From NCBI GenBank assembly GCA_964035545.1, contig OZ037765.1, forward strand, positions 11,170,698-11,234,697: a stretch of 64,000 nt of DNA. Direction: 5' to 3'. The position numbers and the translations under genes are program-made. The notes under the pieces were generated by a model. The model searched no databases. It had not been told where the DNA came from and saw only the letters and a list, made by a program, of their open reading frames with translations. This DNA comes from Bugula neritina. Taxonomy: Eukaryota > Animalia > Bryozoa. Below are positions 45,588 to 59,390 of the stretch, piece by piece; position 1 is the first letter of the stretch, and each line of letters begins with the position of its first letter.

Positions 45588-47955
45588 GGGGAGAGTGGGG
45601 AATATGGATATACTTTTAAAAGTGCTAAGGTGAATATTTTATTTTGAGACAGAACCAGGCTAACAGTTTTTAATGCTGCAACACTTTGATCAATGGTATG
45701 CTAGAAAATTTTATCATGGAAGTTAATAGTTTTTGATAGGCTACATGATATTTTGTAATTTGTGCAGGCAGTCTATATTCCCCCTCAAGGGGGGGGGGGA
45801 GGGTAACATGGACATTTGAAACAACAGGTATATTCACTTATTAAACAAGTTTGGTTTGACATTTCTGGTGGTTTTATTTAAATTTAACAGCAATCTAGCA
45901 ATACCCACAACATATTATTGCAAATTAGTATGTATATTTTTCAAAACGTTGTCTATTTTTAATACTCAGATTGTAGTCGTCTTTTGTCGAGAAGTAGAAG
46001 GCTGCTGGCAACCTGCAACATCATCTGGTTTCTGGGGAGTTGCTGTCAATACTGTTGACTTTTGGCGTCTTCTTTTAGTAGTATTGACCTTTTGGGAGAG
46101 TAAATATAGTTGACTTGTGGCATCTTCTTTTAGTGGTGGTGACCTTTTGAGGTGAAGCTTTTGGCAGAAGTGGAAATTACATAGAGTTTGCATGCAGAGC
46201 TGCTTGGCCAATATGTGACACTGCATGAGATAAATTCATCAGCTTCTAAAACCTGTTATTGAAAGGGTAAATCCCTGCTGCCAGAAAACCCTTTGTAATG
46301 TTTTAATGTATGCTTTGCCACTGCCTTCCACAACACTATACATGAAGAATATCTTTCCAGGCTTTGACAGCATCTAAGCATCAAGAAAAGTGTTATAATA
46401 TTTTTAAATGGAGCACAAACACTAACATTCAGTCATTTCAATTTATGGCTGCTATGAGGAGGGAAGGTAATGATAGTTTTGTTATTATTTTTTCCTTGTG
46501 TTATAGCTTTAAAAGAGGCGTGGCTGGCATGGTTGTCTAGAAGCTTTGATTTCTCTGTTGCACCACTGAAATGACTAATAAAATGTCTCAGTTCTTAAGG
46601 GAACAGCTCACAGTTCATCCAGCCACTAGGCTTTGCAAATCCCTCGAATCCAGTTGGAGCGCAATACATATTATCTTTAAAGCTCACTCTAGGGAAAATA
46701 TATGAGGGTGGGAGACTTTGGCCTGGTGCACTCACAGAGGAAACTATGGTTATGGTCATTCCAAGCTCAGCACTTGTCACCTGCCCCAGCTGTGTGATGC
46801 CTTTCTGGGTTAAAACCTTTTGAGTTTGCTGAACACTTGAATTTGAAGTTTCGTCTAGATTATATATGCTGTCAGAAGTAAACTTGTAGCGCTTAAAGAC
46901 ATATTCCAAGTTAGTGAAAAATTCTGCAACTGTTCTGTTGAAAGCAGATGCTCTGCCTAGACCAGTCGCTTTTGGGGTTCGAAGACTCACTGCACCATTA
47001 CGCTTTCTGAAGCCTTCTAGCCAATCTTTGCCTGCCATTTTCTCTGCATGACAAGATTCCGGGATTGTATCCTTTTGTAGATTGATAGCATAGCTATATG
47101 CTAGCTCTCTGGTTTTTCATAAACCCAGACCAAAAAGCATTTTAGAGCAATCTATGATATAATCTACCAGCTTTGATTCCTCTTCTGCCGTAAACACTGC
47201 CTTCTGACCAACTGCTGATTTGATATCTCCATTTTGAGCTGCACACCTAAGAAGAGCAGTCCGTGGAATTCCATATTTGGCAGCAGATTCACGTTGGCTG
47301 AGTCCTGATTTAATGTCATTTAAAGCTGATTGAAACTATGTTGCAGTAAATTTGGATCTCTCACTTTTTCTCTAATAACTCCTTGGCATATTGGCTTTAA
47401 AACCTTCAAAACAGAGTAAATACAGGCTTCAACATGAGATAATACTTTTCTTATACTTTAAACTATGTTGAACTTTATTGTTAGTGACTTGGAAATGTAT
47501 AATAACTTGTCAGATAGAATACTTGGTGTTGGGGTAATATGGAGCACTGGTGCATATTGCCCTACTTGAAGTGGTCCATTTTACCCCTCTAGCTCTCAAA
47601 GGAGAAATTTTGAAGTTTTTTTTCAAAAACATCAAGTGTTATCTTCTCAGGCTCATGCATTTTGCTTTTACACATTCTGGATTGCTGTTGTGCAAGACGT
47701 TGAACTTGTGAGTTGATATACCGCAAAGTAATTTTCGATTAACTAAGTTTGAGAATATTTATATTTGGTTGCATATAATTGTAATTTACTCACCTTGTAT
47801 GTGGAAACAGAACTACAAATGCAGGAGCAGCATGTGATACTCTAGAAAAGGAAGTTACATGACAAAAGAAAGAAAAAAGCTAGAATCACTAAATATTTTT
47901 GACCAATCAGGAAGTGGTCTGTATTACTAACTGGTCCATATTCCCCACTCTCTCT
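45588..47955 (-). mobile_element. pogo/Tigger-type (Tc1-mariner superfamily) DNA transposon, full length but decayed
   Basis: TIR GGGGAGAGTGGGGAATATGGA at the left end and a 2-mismatch inverted copy at the right, TA on both sides; subterminal repeats of the TIR core near 45765-45815 and 47530-47590. Confidence 0.9.
45966..47389 (-). pseudogene. Disrupted pogo-like transposase (HTH-psq, CENP-B HTH, DDE_1)
   Basis: MPRSY*RKSER...SQRESAAKYGIPRTAL...VFTAEEESKLVDYI...AGKDWLEGFRKRN...IYNLDETS...LLDNHASH...FPPHSSHKL; in-frame stops and frameshifts; the third catalytic Asp position appears to read N (LNVSV). Confidence 0.88.
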
Positions 47956-47990
47956 TACTTTTGTTATTATTTAGTTTACTTCTACATAGT

Positions 47991-50900
47991 TTACCTATTT
48001 TGATTGACTAGCAACACCAAATTTTGTACAGCAGTAAGTGTAGACTGTTCATTTTGTCCAGTAATAATATTGCCATCAATGGCTACGTGTAGACCATCCA
48101 TTGCTCCTACTGTAAATATTAAATTGGCAATTATTATTATTACAAAGTGACAAAAAGTTAATTGCTACTAGATAATAAATAAAAGGTTGGTTAAATACAT
48201 TGTATTCTAGTGAGTTTAAAATTAAAAGAAAATTCAATTTTAAGGCGTGTAAAAGCAGTTCATTTTACAATTTACACTGATATCAATGGAGATATTGCAG
48301 CACTAACTCAATATAATCATGTTTCAAAGCCAATTACTACTTCATAGACTAAACAACCAAATGATTTATGAATCACATCAATGTTGCAAGCATATGCAGA
48401 TTTTCACATGTACAGACGAGATTTATTACTTTTCATTTATAAATTTTGTCAATTGAATAATATGACATATTCACCAGTGTGCTTAGCGCCATTGTCTTTC
48501 ATAAAATCTTCCACTATTAATGACATGTTACTAAAATCCTCCTGCCTGGCTAACTCGTATACTGACAACTGTAATATATAGATAGCCAAAGAATATATTG
48601 TATTTCATACAATAAGTATGCTATGAAATATTAAGAATACCAAAAGAAGAAGCTTGGTTTAGATACCTACAAAAGCACAACTAAACTACGTGCTTTAAAT
48701 ATACCAGTACAAAGTAGGAAAAGAGGCAGATAGTATAACACATAGCATTATAATATTAGCATTCATGATAATATACTTAAACTACATAAAAACCTACATA
48801 AGCAACAAATTTGTATGAATTGAAACGCTGACTTACTGATGTGAGACATCTGCCTTTAAATGACCACAATTCTCCAGCCCTCTTTGCACTACATAAAGCA
48901 GCGCAGCCCTGGCCAATTGCACAAATGAGCTCTACAGCGTTCAAAAATCCAAGTTAAACATTATATCACAATTGTGGTGGGAGCAAATTGTAAAATATAA
49001 CACATCACTTCATTTAAAAAACTAATGCTAATAATATTAAGTGATTCCATTTATATAAAATGATGACTAGAAACAAAATTTAACTTATTCTTGTAGCTAA
49101 TGACAAAAGCGCATATAAAAAAGTTAACAATGTGAAGCATAATGATAAAATGATAATAAAAATATACCGGAAAATGATTCTTGAAATCTAAAACAGAAAA
49201 TAATAATCATGCTTCATACTAAAACTACTTACAAATTTTATTCATTCCATTGCCTGAATATACATAGGCAAGTTTACCATATCCAAAATACATAGTGAGC
49301 ATATTTCACTTACTGTCTTCTTTCACAAAACTGTTTAGTATTTCTCCCATATTCTTGTCCCTTGCTAAATCATCCACTGCTCCAGGGCTATGTGGAATTA
49401 CAACAGCAGCATACCTGCTAGCTGTAATTATATTCATGCATGCTTCGTCATAAAAAAACTTGTAACTGTAACTAAACTTAGTTTCATTTTTTTTATATCT
49501 AACTGGCAATGTTTTTACAATTTAGATGCACATTTCCCAAAATATATTTCTGAAACAAATAATAATAATGGCAAATAAAAGAGACAAAAAGCAAGTAGTC
49601 AGCTAATACCAAAAGCAGCAGCAAACAGTTAATTTTGTCTAGGCAATCTGCTTTTAACCTACCATCTACACTGTCCAAAGCAATTGGTTGTGAATAGGAT
49701 TTGCTTTTGAAATCAGCTACCCATTTTCTATTAGTATCATCTTGATTGACCAACTCACATAACTTCCCCTATAAAACACGAGTCAAATATTCATCAATTT
49801 TATAACTTTTAGTCATCGGTTCCATGTAACTCTAACAATTGGGCATTAGAAGAAAAGTAGTAGATTATTAAGTTGATATAATCATTTTAATGCAGCTCTA
49901 ATTTTTACATAGACCAACAATCATATGCATATACATCTATACCCATACGCACATACATAAATTTTACATATTCCACGTATATAGTATTAGTATAATTGTT
50001 TATCTTTCACCATCATGTCCTGATCAGATGGCGGATATGATATTATTTTAAATTTTGCCACCATATTGCAAATTTGTTTGTATGTAGTAGCATACTTAAT
50101 TCTACTTGAAGTTCATACTCAATTAGAGTTATCTGTTATTTCCCAAACCTTGCATATTCAAATTAGTAAACCACATTCAAGCATTATATATTTTCTCTCT
50201 ATCTATTTCACTTCCTATTGTTGTTAGTTTGGTAAGGAAAACTATATTGTTATAGTAAGCTTAACAGATTCTTTCATTTGAAAAATAAAGTTTAAGAATG
50301 AAGCGTGAGACCAGCAGTCAATTCTCGGTATCCAAGTTAAACATTGTAGAGGCCTAGTGAATAACTTTATTAAATATTTTCTAGGTATAATTCCAATATG
50401 CCCTTATAGATTCCATTTTATTCTCTCTTGCCATCAAACATAGGCCATTGCATTTCATGTCTCTTAGTTTTTGTAGGTCATTACTTTTGTTATAATGAAT
50501 AAGAGAATAAGAGTGACTCAAGGACAACTAGGTTTTAATAGCATTAGTATTGCCTACAATAATATTAGTAAATTCTTATACTGTATGTTTTTATTCTGGT
50601 TAATAGCATTAAATGTTTAGTAAGGTTAAACATGTCAAACATTTAGTTAGTGAATAAGATCAACTTACACCTGGTGATGCCAACTGAATTTGCAACTGGG
50701 CTTGATGTAAAATAGTGTAGGTTTGTACAAATGACTGAGAAGACACTCCTACAAGTAAAAATTATTTCATAAGTTTCAACGAATGCAATGACAACTACTA
50801 TAAAAATGATTATTATTACTTTGAATTTCTGATCATCATTTTCATAAGCTTTATCACTTATGATGATCATCATGGTGGTGATGTAAAACAAAAGTCCAAA

Positions 50901-51682
50901 GAATAAATTAAATAAAAGCATTAGTATAACTATATCACTAATTAATTACTAATACTAATAGTAAAACTTGAGTATAACTTACATGTTGCAAGTATTGTGA
51001 TTATGATTAATATTATTGTAGTTATTATAGTATTAGTTATATTGGTAATAACTATAATAATTATCATTATTCATCAATAAATTAAAACATCATAATGATA
51101 ATCATAATGATAATGTAAATTATTATCATTATTATTAATCATGATCATAATCTTTAGCCTTAGAGTTAGATTTAGATGATGATATTGATAATCAAAGTCA
51201 CTATAATAATCAAGATCATTATCATTATGAATGCACCTAACTGATCAGTATGAGTATCACTATCAGTATCAGTATGAGTTATGACTATCACTATGAGTAC
51301 GAGTCTCTGTTAGTGTTACTTACACAGTTACAGTCATTACCAATATCACACTGTTGGAGTTGAACTTGGTGTTATCACTTTATGACTTACTCTAACTCTT
51401 AGTCTAAAGTTTATGACTATCAGTATCACTATCACTATGAGTATGAGTCAGAGTATCAGTATCAGTACGAGTTAAAATGTTGATATTGATTATCAATATT
51501 GATATCAATATTAGGTCCATAACAGTAACCATGGTAATGCTCAAGTTATAGGATCAAATTACAAATATAAAAAATTGCTTGAAGTAAAGTAAAGTATAAT
51601 CGCTTTGATGGTAGTTACCTTGTGGAGATGCTGAAACTATTAGCAAGCAACTTCTTCGAGGAGTGGCAGAGTGTGTCGCCAT
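47991..51682 (-). CDS. GATD1: Glutamine amidotransferase-like class 1 domain-containing protein 1 (DJ-1/PfpI family), 221 or 227 aa
   Basis: Exons 51619-51682, 50669-50748, 49663-49768, 49314-49421, 48837-48931, 48475-48568, 47991/47995-48109. CLLIVSASPQGVSSQSF, KWVADFKSKSY, IPHSPGAVDDLA, ICAIGQG, LIVEDFMKDNGA, IITGQNEQST. Either stops at 47991 or splices from 47995 to a terminal exon at 45495-45516. Confidence 0.92.
50920..51512. repeat. Cryptic tri/hexamer repeat tract in GATD1 intron 1
   Basis: ATCATT/ATGATA and AGTATG/AGTATC/ACTATC units in phase. Confidence 0.85.
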
Positions 51683-52317
51683 TTTTAAAGTCACATGATC
51701 GTATAATAAGAAAAAGGAGACAACTCATAATAATATAACTGATCCACTAAAGCTTTGTAGATTGAACAGATGTTCGCACATGGCACTACCCAAGTGTACT
51801 GTGCCACTATCATGATTTATTGTCACAATTTAAAAATTATTCATCACTCATAATTGTACATTACACAAAAAATACTGTACCTTATTGGCAAAAATGAAAG
51901 TTTTTGCTTGCCAGCTGACAAATTAATATTCCAACAAATTTGTAAGTTAGCTGTTCTATTCTGACTATTTTATCATAACAGTTGCCTTAATAACTTGCTA
52001 TTCTTATAATTTAAATATCTGGTTGCAGAGTATAAGATCTTCTGCTTGTACACTTTGGATTCTAAATAGGCCACATTAATTATAATTTTCATGTTGTAGA
52101 TTAGATGTCTTACAGACAGGAATTAAAAGTTCACGCTATTGGTTGAGTTGGTATAATTATTTAAGGGACAGCCACACAATACAATATATATAAATTATTG
52201 CTATCAAAAACTTTATTAAAAATAGTTTCTACTCTTGGAAAACATATTATAGTTTCTCACCTTTCACTATGGAAGCTTAGAACTGCATAATTAGCCTGTG
52301 TGTTGTATATTGCTTGT

Positions 52318-52320
<3 letters not shown>

Positions 52321-52386
<66 letters not shown>
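52321..52386. repeat. (TA)n microsatellite
   Basis: Pure TA run; explains two spurious IYIY ORFs. Confidence 0.97.
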
Positions 52387-52387
<1 letters not shown>

Positions 52388-54945
52388 TCAAGGTGTTTTA
52401 AACTCATGTTATACAACTGTGAGTTTAGCACAATACAGTTTAAGTATTATAATTTTGCTTGCAACAAAATTAAACTATATAGCTTTCTATTACAAATTTA
52501 AAATGTAATGCTAGCAATAAATAACAATATAACTCTCAGCATCCATGGGTTTGTTTATAAAAAATTTAGTTTGCTATTTTAACGGTACCCTTTCAATCAT
52601 AAAAACACCTTCATTCACATAAAGCTTCAGTTTACAGCCTTTTTACTATTTCAAAAGCAAGTCCAACTTTTGGTAACCTATTAAGTAATTACTGTTGTAA
52701 TATTGGCTTCATAACTGCTATTCACTTGTGGCTGAAGCACTTTATTAAGGAGCATTTAGGATTACCTATACTTTAGTGGTATTGGTTTTCTGCTTCCTAT
52801 TGTCATTATTCATGATTAGGAATTGCGATAGAGACAGAAATCACTTGCTCAAATATTGTTATTATAACCATATTATTATTACTGTTGCTTTTGTAGCTAT
52901 CAAGGAGCATCACATACTGCAGTGTATAGCTAAAATGGACAGCGAGCACTTTCTATATTCATCTGCCCGCAGCTTATACTGTGCTGCATTGAATCATAAA
53001 TGCCAATACATTACATGTAACTGCAATACGATTACAGCAATAATAAACCTATAAAATTTATTTCTATTTACAGTTTGGAAATGATATGTACATTATAAAC
53101 AGTGTTAATAGGTTTGAAACAGGAAGGAGACTTTGGGTGTAGATAGTCAGGTGTACCATTATTACTTCCACTTTTATTAGTTAAAGCAGACATCGTTATC
53201 TAGCACTTGCGTAGGAAAAAGGTACCAAAATGTTGCACATGCATATAATTATACCTGTTTCAGAGAGTGTTTTGTAACATCCATTTACTTGAGCTAAAAC
53301 AGCAAGCAAGCAATTTATTAAGAGAGTTTAGTAGTAGGAGTATCTGAGTTATAGCCCAGAATTATGAGAGCATGAACAATTAACATTGTTAACAATTAAT
53401 GTGGAAGGCATATTTAGGATAGTTTTGCAGAATCAGTGGCAATAAATATTTTTAAGATTCTGTCACTGTAGCTATCCTCACTTCTGCTCTATAAAATATC
53501 ATATCATAGCATCATCATTAGATGACTTCAGCTTCCATTATCTGAATACAAGCTGCATGCCTATATGGGTGATTTACAAACATCAATTTTCATCTTTCAC
53601 ATGGGGAAGACAATTCTCATAGAGAAACTGAAAGGTAGAATTTCTAAGCATGTACCATGATGTACACATATAAAGATGAAAAGATAACAAAGGTGGATGC
53701 ACTTTGAACAATATTTTTTATTCAGAATCTAATGGGATGGTACTATCAATCAAAGTTACTAGATTAGATAGTGTTGCACGACTCTAGCATGCATGCAGTA
53801 CATTGAGCGATACATTCAAGTAGCTTTATATTTCTAGTAGCTATTTACATGTGTCTACTTGAATTTTTTAGAGCAAGACTATGAAATCCGACAAAGAGAA
53901 ATTTTGGTCTGTTGCACAGTTGGGCCTTAGAAATGACAAAAAGTGTGAACTTTAAATTTAATTATGATGGTAGCATTAAATACATCAAAGTTGTTTATTT
54001 TCACAATTTCTATGGTTCTCTTCATGGACAGTTGTTACCACTTGGCAATAGGAAAGATCATAAATATTATAAGATTATAGCCAAATGACAGACTGACAGT
54101 GTTATCCGTTTACGTCAGAGAAAAATCATTATAATTTATATGTATGTTGCAACTAGAGACAACAAAATGTTTACTAAACATAGAAAACTGTAACTTTTGA
54201 ATCAAAGTGGTAGAATTTACCAAAAGAGACAAAGAAAGGTGTTGGATTCTTGTAATACTTCAAACCTTAGGCCTGGTTTGCCAAAACCCACACCAGTATA
54301 TAGTTAGAACAAGACTCCTCAAGTGAATTTTTGATACAACTTCCATAGTAATGCTCATATTTGAAGTTTTTTACAAAAAATAATTCAATGATTCATTGCA
54401 TATGAAGTAATACTATTTTATATAATATATTTTGATACTTTGGAATGTCTAAAGTAGAATAAAGTATGTTTCCAACTATAAAATAGTTGATTAGTAACAA
54501 GCTATTGGAACTAACTATAGGAAAAATAGACAGAGATGCTTCATATGTTCCATTATAAAATATAATAATAAAGAGAAAAACTTTGAAAAATATAATCACC
54601 ATATTTAAGTTTTGCTAGCTGATCATTGGTAATGATTATATTAAGACCTAATCAAATAGTGGTCATGACTTTTGAAGCCTCTTGGTACAGAAATAACAAA
54701 AAACAATTATTTTAGAAAATGATTTGCAATTGATTAGAAGTCAATATCTTGTTGCTATGCATGTTGAAATAATTTAAACTTAAACATGGCAATCACCTTT
54801 ACATATTTCATATATAAAGGCTAGTTTGCCAGTTTTATAGACATATTTATTGCTGACTGCTAAGCAGTAATTAATATAATATTCTTCAGCTTAAAACCGT
54901 GTGTCCTGTGTGTCCTCATTTCTTGTCGCTCAACATGTTACTTTC

Positions 54946-55299
54946 CTAATGAACTTGCTGCTGTTGATAAGGCACAGGCTTCGACACAACTTTAGTATTA
55001 TCTGAATTAGAATTATTCTCCTTAGACATATCTTGAGACAAATCATTTTTATTGGCATCTTCTACTGCATCTGCTGTCATTTTATTGTACAATTCATCTG
55101 ACAACTGTAATCTTTCTTTGGTTTTAGCTTTATATCTACCGGACCTGGACACAGACAGGTTGTTCCGTCTGGCTCTTATTCTCTTCTCAATATCATTGTC
55201 GGCAAACATGGTCTCTGTTGGCAGGGGAGAGTCCTCGTATTCATCCGCCCCTTTTTTATCTTTATTTTTCTTTTTCCACCATTTTTTCCAGAATGACAT
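54946..55299 (-). CDS. PRR15/PRR15L-like small protein, 117 aa, single coding exon
   Basis: N-terminal FWKKWWKKK and central LSVSRSGRYKAKTKERLQLS resemble the WWK and V-S-x-SGRFK-x-K-x-K-x-R-x-x-L blocks I recall for the PRR15/PRR15L (ATAD4) family; coding-like composition. Confidence 0.7.
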   Translation of the reverse strand: MSFWKKWWKKKNKDKKGADEYEDSPLPTETMFADNDIEKRIRARRNNLSVSRSGRYKAKTKERLQLSDELYNKMTADAVEDANKNDLSQDMSKENNSNSDNTKVVSKPVPYQQQQVH

Positions 55300-58200
55300 A
55301 TTTCCTGACTTTCTATTTTACACAGTTGTGCCGTCAGTCATCAATACTAAAATAAATATTCGACACAATGACAACCAAAGCATTGGTAAAGCTAATATTA
55401 AATTATAATTTTTTCATAATATTCAACAACCTTGAACCGAGAACTTAGGAAGGAATTCAATATGCAGTGTATTTCTTGAAAATAATATTGCATAAAATAA
55501 AAGCTCGGGCATGCCTTGTTACAGATAATGCAGGATTGAATTTAACTGGTTGAGTAAGTAGTAATGCATCATAATGAGTTTATGATTAAAACATATTCCA
55601 AACATATTAATTGATTTGTCAAACCAGAAAATATGACTATCAGCAACCTCTGATCAATGTAGGCAACAGCCACCTGTTGAATATTATAGGAGTTTATAAC
55701 AAAATTATTCCAGGAAACAAATATTTTAGAGGGCAGAACTGAATATTATGGACACCTGTTTATACAGGATTCATATCTACAACTTAAAGTTAAATAAAAT
55801 TCAAACAATTGTCCCATGTCATATAATCTATATTAAAATTGGGCTCTAGACTCCTAAGTTATAAAGGCTAATATTAATATCGAAAGTAATTTCAATAGGT
55901 ATATTAAAAATATATAAATAATAACTATTACAAAACATTAAATTAACCGATACACTTCAGCTTCAGTGTTGGAACTATACTACCTTAATATTCCAATTGA
56001 CATAATGATTAAATAATTAACAGCTTTTTGTTCAACTAAATATAATTTGTGTGAATTAATTGAGATTCAAAGATGTAGAAAATATGCAATGTGTTGAATT
56101 ATTTCATGTTTTCCAAGACTGAAGTATAATCTTCTATTCTGACAAGGTTAATGTGATCAGGTTGTATAGAAAATACTGCAGGAGGAATATAATGGCAAAC
56201 TGGAGTATAGAATTAGAAATTGACAAGAAAACAAACACTGGCTTTAAAACGTGGGAGCAGGGAAGGCTTGCTGATTGCAAACTATGTAGTCATATATAAG
56301 AAGCTCATATTTAGCAGCTGCTGCGCGAAGCCTAAGCTGCATGTTATTTTACCTCACACAGTGCAATAAAGTTGTTGGAGGCAATAAAGTTGCTGGAGTG
56401 TTCATTACAAACTGGTTTTGTCAAAGCACCCCTACTGATTCAACAGTTTTAGTAAATGTGCTTTGGCTCCTTATTTTTTAAATGCTTACTTGAGAAAAAA
56501 GACAAACCTGAATTTAGGCCTGTTCAATAAAATGAACTGTAAATTATACATAATTAAAGATGTAACAATTCACCAGAAAGTAGATAACTGGTGTTTGACA
56601 GGCATAATCTCATCTGGGATCAGTTGATGGAGCTGTTGTTATTGTGGTGGTAGATTGGTAGAGCTAGGCTAGCGGGTAGGGGAACCACATGACTGTCACA
56701 CTCAAACAGTAACAAATTCATTGTAGATTAAGCTCTATGGAGATTGATTGTGTGATAATTTATGTAACTTGGTGTTTGAAGGCTGCAGATTACATGAGCT
56801 TGCTTAGAATACCAAATAAATTGACTGAACATTTTGAATGAAATTTAATAGAATAAAAGAAAAATGGTTTACAATAAGTTTATATATCTCACAATGCTAC
56901 AATAGTTTAATTACATGATTTTAAACAATCAAAACACACCTTTTAAACCAATAAATTGAGTATTTAGCAAAATTGCAGTTAAGAGCAGCAGACCTTGTTC
57001 TTCAGAATAAAATGCAATTTGGTTATTTGTTATCTGGTAAGTGAACAACTGACAATACCTTTGATGGGTGATCACTAATGACCTACAATTGCTATACTTG
57101 GCTGTGCTTGCTAGCAAATAGACTGAGGAATAATGCAGTAGTTATATGCAATCAATAAATCTATTATAATAGCAGTGCTATAAACGGGAGAATTTGCAGT
57201 TTGTCAACAAATATAATAAAGTATTCTATTGAAAAAATGTATTGTTCGTGCTAGCCCATGATTATTCTATAATAGCCCCAATGAATTATTATCCTAAGAG
57301 GTGGTACTAGTGTTTAGTACTAGAGGAAATTGGAGTGGTTAATCTGAGTTCAAACACTTGAGTAAAATAATAATATAACAGATACAGGCTGGGCTGGGTT
57401 AGTAGCTCCTATCCGATAGGATGAAAAACAGCAGTTAAATTAAATCTTTCAGGGAACACTTTTAAAAAAGAGGTCAGCTTTAGGGCATAGCATTAGTAAG
57501 CTCCTAAAGCTGTTAACTTTAGACTTTAAACTATCTTATTCCAGCTGTTCCTAACCGAATTAGAGTGATTGCAGCAGCATTTTACTGCAGGTAAAAAACT
57601 GTAGCATCAATAACTTATTGTTTCTGCTTTTATTAGTCAGTTATGCAAGTGGTGTAAAACATCAAAATCATTTTTTTACAATAATTGTGTAAATGACAGG
57701 GTAATTAACGGTCTTTAGTGTGCATAGATTATCACTATGTCTCTTTGCATTATTCAAATGAATTTTTCATACGCTGCATAGGAACTTAGTGAATGATGCA
57801 TGCCATTTTAACATTAACATACACGTTAGTTGCAAAATTATCACAACACTAAAAAAAGTTGTTAGCTGAAAGATTTTTGTTGGGTGCAAATTTACCAAAA
57901 AGTATTTGGATGCCGACTCACAGTCGCGGAACTATAATATATAACAATATGTAGTAGTGTATAGTATGCAATGAAAACATGCCGAAACATACAGGACCAC
58001 CTAAAGCTTACAATATCCCACGACATACTGAGCTGATTACTTCACTTATTAAAATAAGCTTGGTCTCCTACTTTACTAGTTCCCTGTTGCTTGAGGTGGT
58101 AACAAAGCCTAATCATAGAACTAAAATATAGGATTAACAGAGATTTTTTATAAACCAGATGACTGCAATACTTATTCCCCCCAAGGTCTTCCAATAGAGT

Positions 58201-59354
58201 TCAGAAGGATAACAAGACCAACCTGAAGGGTGACATACTAATTTTGCAGCGTCTACTAGCTAGAGCATTATTTATAGCACTAATAGTGGGGGAGGGGAGG
58301 GGTGACAGAATTATTTTGGTCACACGATAACACAATTTATACAATAAAAATAATATATTAATCCAATAACAATACAGGAATGAATACAGTACTTGTAGGA
58401 GTTGGTGGTAATTTAATTAAAAAGCTTACTGAACTAAACACTACAGGTAACAATAATTAATGTACACCAAGTCAAAGACTAATGTAGGCACCCAAAGTCA
58501 AACTCTAAACTCAAACTGAGGTTGTTTGTAATGTTTGACTAACAACGAATTAGATAACGCGATTTTCAGTCCATTTTGACTTCTGCACCTGCAGCCATCG
58601 GTTCAGCCAGAACCTAAACTATTTGAACAACACAAAACGTAAATGTGCACACATTTTCATGCAAACTAATTCTAAAGACAACTTATATAGGACTAGGTTG
58701 TGTTCCAAACAAACATCAACATGACAATCTTACAAACTATATTTAAAATTAAAAACCAATTTTAGCTAGAATTTTATTTTATGCTTTCAGAAAAACTAAA
58801 ACCACTATGAGTATGAGTATGAGTATGACTAATCACTATGACTTGAGTCAACGGCTATAAAATATAAATATAATAATAATTATAATATCGTTATTGGGTT
58901 GCCGGCTCTTCCTACGATGAGCTGTTAATTTACTGAGGCTAAACATTTGAAAAACAACAAGAAATTTTGTTTTACAGCTGCCAAAAGAATTGAATGGTAA
59001 TACGATGATTTACTAACCTTACCTCGCTAATAGTAATAGTAATTGTAACACTTTGACCTGGAGTTGGTTCCTAGCCCAAATAAAAATTAAAATACAGTAG
59101 ATTCAGAAAGTATTACTATTTGAAAACTTCCAGCCTAGGTTGCTTCAAATCACGTTTTCAACATCTGAATAACGTCGTCTTTATGTGAAATCTCAAAGTT
59201 GCATTACAAGAGAAACTAAGTAAATAAGATAACAGCCTCTTTAAAAATAGTTGCTTTGATTACTAGCGATATTGCTGTACCACGCACCACTAATTCATCT
59301 CGAATAACACTTGCTCTCACGCTGTTCTCCTGCCCATACAACAAATAAGCGCTA

Positions 59355-59390
59355 CGTAGACGTCAACTTTTATAACTGGGCGGGGCTAAA
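59355..59390 (-). promoter_or_regulatory. Candidate promoter of the PRR15-like gene
   Basis: GC box GGGCGGGG 59378-59385, minus-strand TATAAAA 59368-59374, CRE-like GACGTCA 59359-59365 in a CpG-richer patch; minus-strand donor gag|gtaagg near 59022. Confidence 0.4.
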
